Positions 38,697 through 48,616 are shown, numbered from the stretch's first letter. The stretch: 64,000 nucleotides of DNA from Candidatus Bathyarchaeia archaeon (GCA_038883655.1 JAVZLQ010000002.1:57532-121531); one strand, 5' to 3'. Program-made: numbers and translations. Notes: generated from the letters alone by a model not told the origin.

Positions 38697-39986
38697 ATGC
38701 GTGTCTTTGTTAAGAGCTTTGGTTGTTCGTTGAATTTGGCTGATGGCGAAGTTTTGGCTGGTTGTCTAGCGGAGGTCGGCTATGAGCTTGTTAATTCGCC
38801 TTTAGATGCTGATGTGATAATTTATAACACTTGTGCTGTTAAGGGTCCAACAGAGAACCGCATGATTGAGATATTGAAGCGTGTGCCAAACGATAAAAGG
38901 CTCGTTGTTGCTGGTTGTCTACCGCTCATAAACTTTGAAAGGCTTTCTAGGGAGGTGCGTTTTGACGGTGTTGTTGGACCAGCTTTTGGAAAGGAAATAA
39001 TTGAGGTTGTAAGGCGAGTTTTAGGCGGCGAGAAAGTTGTTATTTTGGAAAATGCTTTGGTTAGTAAGCCTTGTTTGGATTTGCCGAGAAAGCCCCTGAA
39101 TCCAGTTGTGAGCATAATTCCGGTAAACTATGGTTGTTTGGGTTCATGTGCATATTGCTGCGTGGTTTTTGCTAGAGGGCGCTTAAGAAGTTATGGCATA
39201 GATGAAATTGTAGAGAGGGTTAAGCGGGATTTGGCTTTGGGCTTTCGGGAGTTTTGGATCACCTCGCAAGACGTTGCATGCTATGGAAGGGATTTGGGCA
39301 CAAACCTTGCAGAACTACTTAGGGCGATATGTGCAATTGAAGGAGACTTTAAGGTTCGAGTTGGCATGATGACTCCAAACATGGCTATTGACATCCTAGA
39401 CGATTTAATTGAAGCATTCAAGGATAATAAGATATTCAAATTTCTTCATCTGCCAGTTCAAAGCGGCGATAACCAAGTTTTACAGCGTATGAGGAGGTTT
39501 TATTCGGTTGAAGATTTCAAGAAAATAGTTGAGGCTTTCAGAAAGCGCATCACAGAAATAACAATAGCGACAGACATAATATGCGGTTTTCCAGGCGAAA
39601 CCGAGGAAGCTTTTAAGCGGACTCTCCAACTTATCGAAGAGGTTAAGCCAGATATAGTTAACGTTTCAAAGTTCTTTACCAGACCGGGAACAGCAGCCGC
39701 AAGCATGAAAAACGATTTTGTGCCTTTAAATGAAATTAAGCGCCGAAGCAGCCTAGCCGCAAGTCTTGCTCGAAGAATAGCTTTTGAAAGAAACAAACGC
39801 TGGGTTGGTTGGGTTGGCGAAATCATCGTTGACGAAGCTGGGAAAGTTTCTGGTTCTTGGGTTGGACGTAATTTTGCATATAAGCCTATTGTTATTAAGA
39901 GTGGCGGTATTAACATGCTTGGCAAAACTTTACGTGTGAAGGTTGTTGAAGCATTTGGCACTCATTTGTTGGGTGTTGTCTGTTGA
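38697..39986 (+). CDS. mtaB: tRNA t6A37 methylthiotransferase (archaeal MiaB-like/MtaB)
   Basis: GCSLN, NTCAVK, AGC, radical SAM CLGSCAYC, HLPVQSG and a TRAM tail. Confidence 0.92.
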   Translation: MRVFVKSFGCSLNLADGEVLAGCLAEVGYELVNSPLDADVIIYNTCAVKGPTENRMIEILKRVPNDKRLVVAGCLPLINFERLSREVRFDGVVGPAFGKEIIEVVRRVLGGEKVVILENALVSKPCLDLPRKPLNPVVSIIPVNYGCLGSCAYCCVVFARGRLRSYGIDEIVERVKRDLALGFREFWITSQDVACYGRDLGTNLAELLRAICAIEGDFKVRVGMMTPNMAIDILDDLIEAFKDNKIFKFLHLPVQSGDNQVLQRMRRFYSVEDFKKIVEAFRKRITEITIATDIICGFPGETEEAFKRTLQLIEEVKPDIVNVSKFFTRPGTAAASMKNDFVPLNEIKRRSSLAASLARRIAFERNKRWVGWVGEIIVDEAGKVSGSWVGRNFAYKPIVIKSGGINMLGKTLRVKVVEAFGTHLLGVVC

Positions 39987-40033
39987 TAAATTATTTATGC
40001 AGAAAACAGCAATTATCTTTTGGAGATGAAAGT

Positions 40034-40294
40034 TTGGGCGAAGAAAAGATCATCGAAGTTGGACGAGTTACGCACTTCTTCACAAAAATTAGCGTTGCAG
40101 TTGTTGAACTTACCGCACCATTGGCTGTTGGAGACCGCATAGCAATAAAGGGGCCGACAACAGACTTCGAGCAGGCTGTTGAGTCAATGCAGATAGAGCA
40201 TAAGAATGTTCAGAGGGCTGAGGCTGGACAGAGCATAGGTTTAAAGGTTATCCAGCGTGTAAGAGAAAAGGATATTGTTTACAAGAAGCTTTAA
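40034..40294 (+). CDS. stand-alone translation-factor beta-barrel (EF-Tu domain-2-like) protein
   Basis: VGRVTHFF.KISVAV, GD.I.IKG.TT and SMQIEH...AEAGQSIGLKV; TTG at 40034 with GGAG upstream. Confidence 0.85.
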   Translation: MGEEKIIEVGRVTHFFTKISVAVVELTAPLAVGDRIAIKGPTTDFEQAVESMQIEHKNVQRAEAGQSIGLKVIQRVREKDIVYKKL

Positions 40295-40298
40295 CGCT

Positions 40299-40349
40299 TT
40301 ACGCCTTTGCCCTCTTCCTTTCTTTACGTTTCTTTTGACGTGCTGGCAC
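40299..40349 (-). CDS. candidate 16-aa basic micro-protein MPARQKKRKERKRAKA
   Basis: GTG...TAA ORF with TTAAGTA about 25 nt upstream. Confidence 0.3.
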   Translation of the reverse strand: MPARQKKRKERKRAKA

Positions 40350-40422
40350 GCTTATTTTTTGTAAGTCTACTTAAGTTACGTACAAAGGCTTACCATCCAA
40401 GCGTTTACATTCGCCATTCTGA

Positions 40423-41655
40423 TTGAAAATGCGCTTATCGCTTGCCTTTGAAAGAATATTTACAGTACTTGCCATTTCATTTATACTTGTTGTTGGCAGT
40501 CTTCCATTCACGTCAAATGAGAATGAAACTGAAAATCAAAGCGATGGTGCGGGCGAATTTGTTTTCTTTGATGATTATGAAAGTTGGATAGAGCGCGGTT
40601 ATGTGCAGTATGGCGAGTTTTTTGTGAATAAGTCTTTTACTGCCGAAGTTATTGTCGGCACCGGAGAACGTTACGAAAATATTCAAGATGCTTTGGATGA
40701 CGGCTACTTGTGCCTTTATTTGAAGAGGCAGAAGTTTGAAATAAGCGAGCCTATAGTTCCGCTGCGAGAGGATTTTTACATCATCGGAAGCGGCGCTGAA
40801 ATCGTAGCAGTTCAACCAATGGATGTAGTTTTTGACATACGCAATGTTAGATACGCCCACTTCGACGGCTTGTTCATAAACGGCAACGGGCTAGCCCAAA
40901 AGTGCATAGATGCCTCGCGCACCCCGAGTCAGGTTCCAGTCCATCAAATCCGCAGCTGCAAAATTTGGGGTGCAAAACTGTCGAACATCGATTTTACTGG
41001 ATGCGAAGACAGCCTAATATTTAACTGTTGGATTGATGGACGAAAGGACACAAGCGAGCCTCCGCTAACTGTTACTGATTACGGCGTGAAGATAGGCGAG
41101 TTTGGCGATGGCTACCGCACTGGCGGCCAAATAAACCTAATTCACTGCCTAATGGGCTTTCATAGGAAGGCAGACGTATTCTCAAAAAATGTCGCCCAGC
41201 TTAAACTGCTGAACTGTCTATTATCCAGCAAGAACATGTGGAGCGCCGAGTTCGAAGCGCACATAATAGTTGAGGGTGGAACAGGCGAAAACCCGCTTAT
41301 GCCAACGCTGGAACTGACAAACTGCTGGGTTGAAAACGGGCGTGGAGGCAACATTCCAAACATACTGATAAGAAACCATCCAATGTCAAAGCTCACAGTG
41401 ATAGGCGGAATGTTCTATACTGATAACAGTCCAAACATCTACAGCGAATTAAACCCATGCGCAGAAACAATAACGCTTATAGGCGCACTTTTCGAGCAAA
41501 ACATCACATACAAAGGCTACAACATCGCAGCTCCAACACAAAAACTAGTCTCAATAGGAAATACATACAACTGGAATGGCATAGAAAAGACAAACGTCAC
41601 AACATACATAATCTACGACAAGAACAATACGCAAATAGAAACAAACGGACACTAA
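40423..41655 (+). CDS. secreted right-handed beta-helix (pectin-lyase-fold) protein
   Basis: N-terminal TM/signal, IQDALD, repeated I.NC.I/NCW.E coils. Confidence 0.7.
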   Translation: MKMRLSLAFERIFTVLAISFILVVGSLPFTSNENETENQSDGAGEFVFFDDYESWIERGYVQYGEFFVNKSFTAEVIVGTGERYENIQDALDDGYLCLYLKRQKFEISEPIVPLREDFYIIGSGAEIVAVQPMDVVFDIRNVRYAHFDGLFINGNGLAQKCIDASRTPSQVPVHQIRSCKIWGAKLSNIDFTGCEDSLIFNCWIDGRKDTSEPPLTVTDYGVKIGEFGDGYRTGGQINLIHCLMGFHRKADVFSKNVAQLKLLNCLLSSKNMWSAEFEAHIIVEGGTGENPLMPTLELTNCWVENGRGGNIPNILIRNHPMSKLTVIGGMFYTDNSPNIYSELNPCAETITLIGALFEQNITYKGYNIAAPTQKLVSIGNTYNWNGIEKTNVTTYIIYDKNNTQIETNGH

Positions 41656-41730
41656 ACGCCGCAACGCATCACCCTACATGTGACACACAAGCAAACGCAA
41701 GATATTTTTATTAAAAAGCGGCATGCTGAA

Positions 41731-41821
41731 TGGCGGGCCCGGTGGGATTTGAACCCACGCTCTCCGGCTTTCTTCCGTGGTCCGAAGGCCGGCGCCTTGA
41801 TCCATTCTGGGCTACGGGCCC
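41731..41821 (-). tRNA. tRNA-Arg(UCG) with 12-nt intron at 37/38 (41770-41781), encoded CCA
   Basis: Reverse complement GGGCCCGTAGCCCAGAATGGATCAAGGCGCCGGCCTTCGG|accacggaagaa|AGCCGGAGAGCGTGGGTTCAAATCCCACCGGGCCCGCCA; BHB helix CUUC/GAAG. Confidence 0.92.
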
Positions 41822-41897
41822 GTGAAAGTGTTGTTGGTGGTTGGTTAAAAGGCTTCGGAAAATCCTTAAAAATGGTTGTTGTTAATATTTTGTTGTT

Positions 41898-41991
41898 GGG
41901 CCGGTAGCTCAGCTTGGTTGGAGCGTTCGGCTGATATGCGCGTGGAGGCGTAGAAACCGAAAGGTCGAGAGTTCAAATCTCTCCCGGCCCA
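41898..41991 (+). tRNA. tRNA-Ile(GAU) with 19-nt intron at 37/38 (41937-41955)
   Basis: GGGCCGGTAGCTCAGCTTGGTTGGAGCGTTCGGCTGATA|tgcgcgtggaggcgtagaa|ACCGAAAGGTCGAGAGTTCAAATCTCTCCCGGCCCA. Confidence 0.92.
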
Positions 41992-42021
41992 CTCTGAGGT
42001 TTGCCGTTTATTTTGCTTTGT

Positions 42022-42201
42022 CTATTTCTCTTTTTCTTTTTCCTCTTCTTTTTCGCCTTTTATGCCTTTTGCTAGTCCTTTTCCGACTCCTTTAACTATT
42101 CCAAAGCCTTTCTTTACTCCTTTGCCTATTACTTCTCCTGTTTTTTCAGCAGCGGCTTCTGCTTTTCCTTTTTCCTCTTTCTTCTTTTCTTTTTCGCTCA
42201 T
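42022..42201 (-). CDS. small Lys/Glu/Gly-rich protein
   Basis: ATG at 42201 with a strong SD GGAGGTGA; 59 aa. Confidence 0.75.
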   Translation of the reverse strand: MSEKEKKKEEKGKAEAAAEKTGEVIGKGVKKGFGIVKGVGKGLAKGIKGEKEEEKEKEK

Positions 42202-42329
42202 GTTTGGGTCACCTCCGAAAAATTTGACATTGTTTATTTTGTTCTTTGAAGAGTTAAAACTTTCGAGGGCTGCCATTTTATGGCAAGTGTTAAATGCGTG
42301 TGATGACAAAATACACTAGTGGTGATTGT

Positions 42330-42704
42330 GTGGTTAAGGATGAGGAGATTTTGGAGGTTTTACGGGAGATTAAGGCTTTGTTGGAGCCTAAGCCTGCGCC
42401 GCCTGCTCCGCCGCCGAAGAAAGGCTTATGGAACGAGTTTATGGATTTCATTTCTAAGTATAAGGTTTTGGGGATGGCTGTTGCTTTTATTCTCGGTTTG
42501 TATCTTGGTGCTTTGGTTAAGGCTTTGGTGGATGATTTGATAATGCCTATTGTGCAGTTTGCCACGCCTGGAATCGCATGGGAATTAATAGAGGTTGGGC
42601 CGTTTCGTGTTGGTCATTTTATTGGGAGTTTGATAACATTCTTGATAGTTGCGTTTGTTATATTCCTAATAGTGAAGATTACTAGGAAGTGGGGCATAGA
42701 ATAG
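42330..42704 (+). CDS. mscL: large-conductance mechanosensitive channel family protein
   Basis: EFMDFI, LGMAVAFILG, LVDDLIMP and G.FI..LI.FLIVAFVIF. Confidence 0.9.
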   Translation: MVKDEEILEVLREIKALLEPKPAPPAPPPKKGLWNEFMDFISKYKVLGMAVAFILGLYLGALVKALVDDLIMPIVQFATPGIAWELIEVGPFRVGHFIGSLITFLIVAFVIFLIVKITRKWGIE

Positions 42705-42750
42705 AGTGGCGTAAACGCCTTTGCCTAGGAAAGTGCAAATAAGCCACTTA

Positions 42751-42987
42751 TTAATCTTGTTCGGGTTTGCTTGTTTGCATTTGCTCGAATTTGAGGATTT
42801 TTCTTATCCCGACATAGACGGTCATGCATGCAAGCACGATGACGCCGCTTAACAGTGCGTATACTGCTAGTGCTACGAGTTCCTTTTTTAGTGTTTCTTC
42901 TGTTGTTTGGAAGGATAGGTATACAAAGTAGAATGTTAGGAACATGCATATTGTGAAGGCTATTAGTATTGCGGATTCGGCTTTCAA
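42751..42987 (-). CDS. small 2-TM membrane protein
   Basis: Two hydrophobic helices, 78 aa. Confidence 0.6.
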   Translation of the reverse strand: MKAESAILIAFTICMFLTFYFVYLSFQTTEETLKKELVALAVYALLSGVIVLACMTVYVGIRKILKFEQMQTSKPEQD

Positions 42988-43087
42988 TTTGGAACCTTGC
43001 CTAGGGAGGTTAAATTAAACTTTGTGTGGACTCGGAAAGAGTTTATGAAGCGAGAATCAATAGTGAGGATAAGCAACACGAGCAAAG

Positions 43088-43927
43088 GTGGTTGGAATGG
43101 TTGAGTTGAAGGGCGAAAACCAGATTGCCAAGTTTAGAGGGGTTGCGGATAACATTACTGCAAAGATAAAGGGTTTTGAGGGTATTGTTGGCGTAGTTTT
43201 TATTGGCGGTTTGGTTAGGGGTTTTGCGGATAGGTTTTCAGATTTAGACATGGTAGTCTTTATTGGCAAGGATGATGAGCAATTGCGAAGGCGCATTTAT
43301 GAAATTGGCTTAAGAGAAGCGAAAGTTTCTGGCATAGACATAGACCTTGAAATTCATTTTATAGACGATTTCAAGCGTTGGAGGTTTGATGAGGCGGATA
43401 GGTGGGAGTTTTCCAGAGCCAAAATTGTCTTCGACCCTGAAGGAGCGGTTAAGCGTATGCTTAATGAGAAGCTTATGGTTTCGGAAAGTTTTTGGATTAA
43501 GCGCATTGTGGTTTGCGGTGAATATCTTAAGTGGTATTGTTGTCCGCCTAAGGAGGATGTTGGCAGTGTTGGTGAGTGTTGGGTTGAGCGGGGCGATTTG
43601 GCGTCTGCGCATTATTGCCTAAACTACGCAGTAGAACTGCTAATTAGGGTTGTTTATGCTTTGAATAGGGAGTTTTTGCCAGCGCCAAAATGGAGACTAT
43701 ACCACTCTTACAGCCTAAAATGGCTTCCTAAAAACTATAAAAGACTCATTAAAGAGGCGATGATGGTTGAAGAGTTTTCTTTTAAAGATTTTGAGAGAAG
43801 ACTAATGGCGGTTAGGGCTTTATGGCGTGAAATCATGCCAAAAATAGAGGAAGAAACTGGATTAACACCAGAAAAAGCAACTAAATATTATGTGGAGAAA
43901 GTGCTACACCAAACTAAATATCATTAG
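43088..43927 (+). CDS. Pol-beta-type nucleotidyltransferase with DUF4037-like helical domain
   Basis: GGLVRGFAD.FSDLD and LN..F.P..KW. Confidence 0.8.
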   Translation: MVGMVELKGENQIAKFRGVADNITAKIKGFEGIVGVVFIGGLVRGFADRFSDLDMVVFIGKDDEQLRRRIYEIGLREAKVSGIDIDLEIHFIDDFKRWRFDEADRWEFSRAKIVFDPEGAVKRMLNEKLMVSESFWIKRIVVCGEYLKWYCCPPKEDVGSVGECWVERGDLASAHYCLNYAVELLIRVVYALNREFLPAPKWRLYHSYSLKWLPKNYKRLIKEAMMVEEFSFKDFERRLMAVRALWREIMPKIEEETGLTPEKATKYYVEKVLHQTKYH

Positions 43928-44021
43928 TCACTAGTTGCGTTTCCTTTTCTTTTTAGGAGTTTTCCGTAAATTTTAAGTTGGAATCTGATGAATATGACTT
44001 TACCAAAAAGGAGAATGGAAA

Positions 44022-46550
44022 ATGAAGAGATTTGCTTCGGTTTTGATTCTGGCTTTTTTAATGATTACTGTTTTAATGATAGTTAAGTTTAATGTTGTAC
44101 CTTCTGAGGCATGGACCGGAACCATACATATTCGTGCTGATGGAAGAATAGAGCCATCAGGCGCTCCAATACAGACATCAGATAACATAACATACACGTT
44201 GACCGATAATGTTACGAGTTATGGTGACGGAATAATTGTAGAAAGAGACAACATCATCCTTGACGGAGCAGGATACACTGTTCAAGGATCGGTATTGTAT
44301 AATGGGGTACATTTGGGCAACCGAGTAAACGTGACTGTTAGGAACATTAAAATAAAAGATTTTAATTGCGGCATTTATCTTCACTCTTCCTGGAACAACA
44401 GCGTTGTCGAAAGCAACATAACAAATAACTATTATGGTATAGACCTTCATTATGCCTCACATAACAATAGTTTTGTCGGAAATAAAATAACTAACAACAG
44501 ATATAGGGGTATATCCCTTTATTACTCCTCAAATAATAGCATAATTGGAAATGAGATAATAAACAGTCAGCATGGCATAAATCTCGGTTATTCTTCGAAC
44601 AATAGCATAATCGGAAACGATATAGTAAACAGCCGGGTTGGCATCTATATCGATGGATTTCCAAACAACATTATATACCATAACAATTTCATAAATAACA
44701 CTTACCAAGCCATTTCTTACAAACCAAACATCTGGGATAACGGTTACCCAAGTGGCGGAAACTTTTGGAGCGATTATAATGGCACTGATGCAAACCGAGA
44801 CGGGATAGGCGACACACCTTACATTATTAATGCAGATAATAAAGACAATTATCCTCTAATGCACCCCTACGGCTCCATAGTTAATCTCAACACGAATTTA
44901 ACGTATCTAACTATACAATCTGCAATAAACGCCCCAGAGACTTTGAATGGACACACGATCTTTGTTAAAGCTGGATCTTATTATGAAAACATAGTTGTAA
45001 ACAAATCTTTAATGCTAATCGGAGAAGAACGGCAAGCCATAATAGATGGAAACAAAACTGGAACTGTCGTATCCATAACTGCAAATAATGTAACGATAAC
45101 GGGCTTTACCATAAGAAACGGTTCCGACTCGTCGGGCATAGGAATATGGCTAAACCTGGTTAGCTACTGCAACATCACAAAAAACAAAATAATAAACAAC
45201 TGGGAGGGCATCCAAATTTACTCTTCCACTAATAACATAATTATGACCAACAACATAACAAACAATCAACACGGCGTGTGGATCGTAGGTTCTTCTGACA
45301 ACATCATCTCTGGAAATGATGTGACCGAAAACATCGATTGTGGTGTTCACCTTGAGTATTCTTCAAACAACATTATTTCTGGAAATAACATAACCGCAAA
45401 CACTCTTTATGGTATTACGCTCAAGGGCTCTTCAGGTAACAACATTTCCGAGAACCACCTAACAAACAACTGGTGCGGCATATGGCTTGATGGTTCTTCT
45501 GGCAACAGCATTTCCAAAAATAAAATAGCAAACAACAGTCGTGGAATAGCGCTTGATTATTCTCAACTTAACAACATTACTGAAAACCTCATCGCAAACA
45601 ATGAGTGGGGCATTCTTCTCACTGGTTATTCGGGCAATCCTAATAGTATTTACCATAACAGTTTCGTTGATAACACAAAACAAGCAAGTGTAGCTATCGG
45701 ATATTTGAATGTTTGGGATGACGAGTATCCAAGTGGAGGAAACTACTGGAGCGACTACACCGGCGTTGACTTTTACAGTGGTCCTTATCAAAATGAAACT
45801 GGAAGCGACGGCATAGGCGACACGCCATACATCATTGACACTAACAATCAAGATCGCTATCCTTTGATGTATCCTTATGGCACCCAGACATACAAATTAA
45901 CAATAACCGCGACCGTCGGCGGCACAACAGATCCTCCGCCAGGAACCTACACCTATGCCGCTGGAACACAACTAAATGTAACGGCAATTCCCGACACCGG
46001 CTACTCATTCGATTATTGGCTTCTTAACGGCGAAAGCAAGACAGAAAACCCGATAACAATCACAATGGACAATAACTACACTTTGGAAGCCAAATTCATT
46101 GATAAGATTCCCCCAGAAATAAGTGATCCGGTGCAAGATCCGCCAGAAGATGTTCAGCCAGGTCAGGAGGTCCACGTCTGGGTTAATGTTACAGACTTTG
46201 GAACAGGCATTAAGAACGTCACCTTGTGGTATAGCCTGAACAATGGAATAGACTGGATTATTGTGAACATGACGCCATACAGAGAAATATACGAGGCTCT
46301 ATGGGGAGGAACAATTCAAGGATACGGAAACTGCACATGGGTAACATACAAAATAGTAGCCTACGACAACGCCGAAAACGTGGCAGTTAAAGATAACAAC
46401 GGCTACTATTACCAATATCATGTAATACCAGAGTTTCCATCAACAGCACTAACTTTGGTAATACTTACGCTCATGACTCTAACAGCAACCGTCATATTGA
46501 GAATAAAAAGAAGGCATCGATTCACAGGGTCAAAAATCCTCACGTCATAA
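44022..46550 (+). CDS. NosD/CASH beta-helix cell-surface protein with PEF-CTERM
   Basis: Signal peptide; two beta-helix blocks each ending GGN.WSDY.G...DGIGDTPY; C-terminal VIPEFP + TM + basic tail. Confidence 0.9.
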   Translation: MKRFASVLILAFLMITVLMIVKFNVVPSEAWTGTIHIRADGRIEPSGAPIQTSDNITYTLTDNVTSYGDGIIVERDNIILDGAGYTVQGSVLYNGVHLGNRVNVTVRNIKIKDFNCGIYLHSSWNNSVVESNITNNYYGIDLHYASHNNSFVGNKITNNRYRGISLYYSSNNSIIGNEIINSQHGINLGYSSNNSIIGNDIVNSRVGIYIDGFPNNIIYHNNFINNTYQAISYKPNIWDNGYPSGGNFWSDYNGTDANRDGIGDTPYIINADNKDNYPLMHPYGSIVNLNTNLTYLTIQSAINAPETLNGHTIFVKAGSYYENIVVNKSLMLIGEERQAIIDGNKTGTVVSITANNVTITGFTIRNGSDSSGIGIWLNLVSYCNITKNKIINNWEGIQIYSSTNNIIMTNNITNNQHGVWIVGSSDNIISGNDVTENIDCGVHLEYSSNNIISGNNITANTLYGITLKGSSGNNISENHLTNNWCGIWLDGSSGNSISKNKIANNSRGIALDYSQLNNITENLIANNEWGILLTGYSGNPNSIYHNSFVDNTKQASVAIGYLNVWDDEYPSGGNYWSDYTGVDFYSGPYQNETGSDGIGDTPYIIDTNNQDRYPLMYPYGTQTYKLTITATVGGTTDPPPGTYTYAAGTQLNVTAIPDTGYSFDYWLLNGESKTENPITITMDNNYTLEAKFIDKIPPEISDPVQDPPEDVQPGQEVHVWVNVTDFGTGIKNVTLWYSLNNGIDWIIVNMTPYREIYEALWGGTIQGYGNCTWVTYKIVAYDNAENVAVKDNNGYYYQYHVIPEFPSTALTLVILTLMTLTATVILRIKRRHRFTGSKILTS

Positions 46551-46616
46551 GATAGATTCGAATTTATGGCTTATACTGTAGAATCTAGAGTGTAAGTCTA
46601 TATTGGCGTTTTTGCG

Positions 46617-47832
46617 TCAAAAATTTTGCTTTTTCCAGAATAAATAGACTTTTGTTTGAGCCAAAAAACCAAGCGTTTTTAACGCTTTAGCCAAACCCTC
46701 TTCGCTAAACCCACTAATTTTTGCTATAAACTCTTCATGTGTTGGATAAGCCCCGCCAGAAGCCATAAGGCGTTTCCGCACAGACGCTTCCCGCTCTGAA
46801 AGCTTTTCCAAAATTTTTATGACTTTAGTCTTCCCAACACGCTTAATCGCTGATAGATTCTGTTCTGTGCTTCCAAGCATGGCTGGATTAAAACCTAAAC
46901 CGTGAAGCCTATCCAAAGCCCACAAAATTCCTTCGCTTGGCTTGCTTTCGGCAATTTTCTGCATTCCAGCCCTCTCAAAAAACGGATTATACCGCGCCAT
47001 AACAGCCAAAGCCTCAACAAAGGGCGTCCCAGCCTTAGCTAATGTTTCCCTAACAAGCTTCACGCCCAAACCAATGGAACGATATTTTGGATGCACAACA
47101 ACCCGAGATATAATGCTCACATTTTTCTGCAATTCGGAAAAACTGCCCCTCCAAACCCTGCCACGCCCAAAACAAATAGGCGGTGGAAAACTGTAAACAA
47201 TAACCCCACACAATTCGCCATCACGCTTCAAAACAAAAATCTTCCGCGGAGGCGGACACCTGCTTGAACGATAATGAAAGGCGCTTAACCGCTTATAATC
47301 GCTAAACTCGCCCTCCTCCACCCTCATCTCCCGTGTTAGGCTACATTCCCTCGCCGGCTCATTCACATAATAGTTCACGGTTATTTCTCTTCCAAAACGC
47401 TTATGAATATGCACAGAAGGCTTCAAATCCTCAAATAAGTCCAAATGCGTAGTAGCAACAACAACACCCCTACCCAACTGCCTCGCAACTTTCTGAATGT
47501 TAAAAGCCACAATCCTAGCCATATCACGGTCAAGAACGCTACAAAACTCGTCAGCAAACCACCACTGCTTATCACTTTCCATAAGCTTAGCAATCTTATA
47601 ACGATACTTCTGCCCATCGCTTAAATCGCCAAAACGCCTAACAAAAAGAAAAGCATCATTCAAACCCGCACGGCTAAGCAATTCCAAACCTTCAGTGAAG
47701 TTTCTGCCAACAGTATCAATCAAAGGCTTATCCGCTTCAGGCGTAATCTCAGCCAAGTCAATAGCGCTTTCGCCCAAATCACTTCGCAAAGCCCTTAGCA
47801 ATACGCTTTTTCCAGAGCCATCTCACCAGTAA
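46617..47832 (-). pseudogene. 5'-truncated ABC-type ATPase + GNAT fusion
   Basis: LSDGQ signature, DEF Walker B, ATTH, RVVVHPKYRSIGLG. Walker A (ITGE-/GSGKS) is frameshifted and the N-terminus is missing. Confidence 0.75.
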
Positions 47833-48016
47833 TGCTAAAAAGCGTATAGTTAAGGTTGTTTTGAGCGAGGAACAAAAGGGAATTTTAGCAGAGTTAGCCA
47901 GAAGACTTGGAACAAGTGAAAGCGAAACTTTGAGGATGGCTTTGATGGACTATGCCAAAGAACTAAGCCTAATGCAAGAGAGAATTCAGAGGTTTAGAAA
48001 CGAAAAGGCCGTGTAA
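47832..48016 (+). pseudogene. ribbon-helix-helix (CopG-like) protein lacking an in-frame start (not in the ORF track)
   Basis: Manual translation AKKRIVKVVLSEEQKGILAELARRLGTSESETLRMALMDYAKELSLMQERIQRFRNEKAV*; the ATG at 47832 is out of frame by one base. Confidence 0.7.
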
Positions 48017-48154
48017 TAAATTTGCATGTTTAAATTCTGAATTAAAGTTTAAATCGGACTTTTTCTCGAAATTAGCCTAATCAGAGATTAAATTTTAAAA
48101 AGCATAAGCAATTTATTTATAAGGGCTTCATACAAAGCTTTAAAGTGGCTTTAA

Positions 48155-48520
48155 ATGGCTTCAGCTAGCAGTAGGACAAAATTGAAAGCGAAACAAAGGG
48201 ACTTTGACAGCGTTCTATTGGATTCCATAGACGAAGCCTTAGCATCGCTTGGAGAGTCAGCCAAACAATCAATTTACTATCACCTGGAAGAGAAGTTTAG
48301 AATACCAAGAAAGGAAATTCCAAGGAGAATTGAAGATTTTGCGAACGGAATCGAAAAAATTTTTGGTTTAGGCGCACACTTTATAGAAATTTTGATAATG
48401 AAGAGGTTGTATGAAAAAATTGGCAAGTCGCTTGAGTGGAATGAAAACAAGGAGTTCATTTTTGTTAATTATGTTGAAGCCGCGAGGCAATGTTTCAGTA
48501 AGGAGAAGATTAGGCGTTAA
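48155..48520 (+). CDS. NitrOD5/DUF3227-like protein
   Basis: IDEALASLGE...IYYHLE.....EIP..IEDF...IEKIFG.GA..IE..I.K.LY. Confidence 0.75.
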   Translation: MASASSRTKLKAKQRDFDSVLLDSIDEALASLGESAKQSIYYHLEEKFRIPRKEIPRRIEDFANGIEKIFGLGAHFIEILIMKRLYEKIGKSLEWNENKEFIFVNYVEAARQCFSKEKIRR

Positions 48521-48616
48521 GGCTTTTAGCCGTTTAGGCGCAGTATGTATTTTGGATTCATAAGGATTTAATGTTCTGGAAATGTTTTAATGTATCGTAA
48601 TATTTAATATAGAGAA

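Noticed and set aside
41680-41907. 75-aa ORF
   Set aside because: Antisense translation of tRNA-Arg.
40423-48016. Intact integrated element bounded by tRNA-Arg/Ile
   Set aside because: No integrase or partial tRNA repeat found by eye; treated only as an accessory region.
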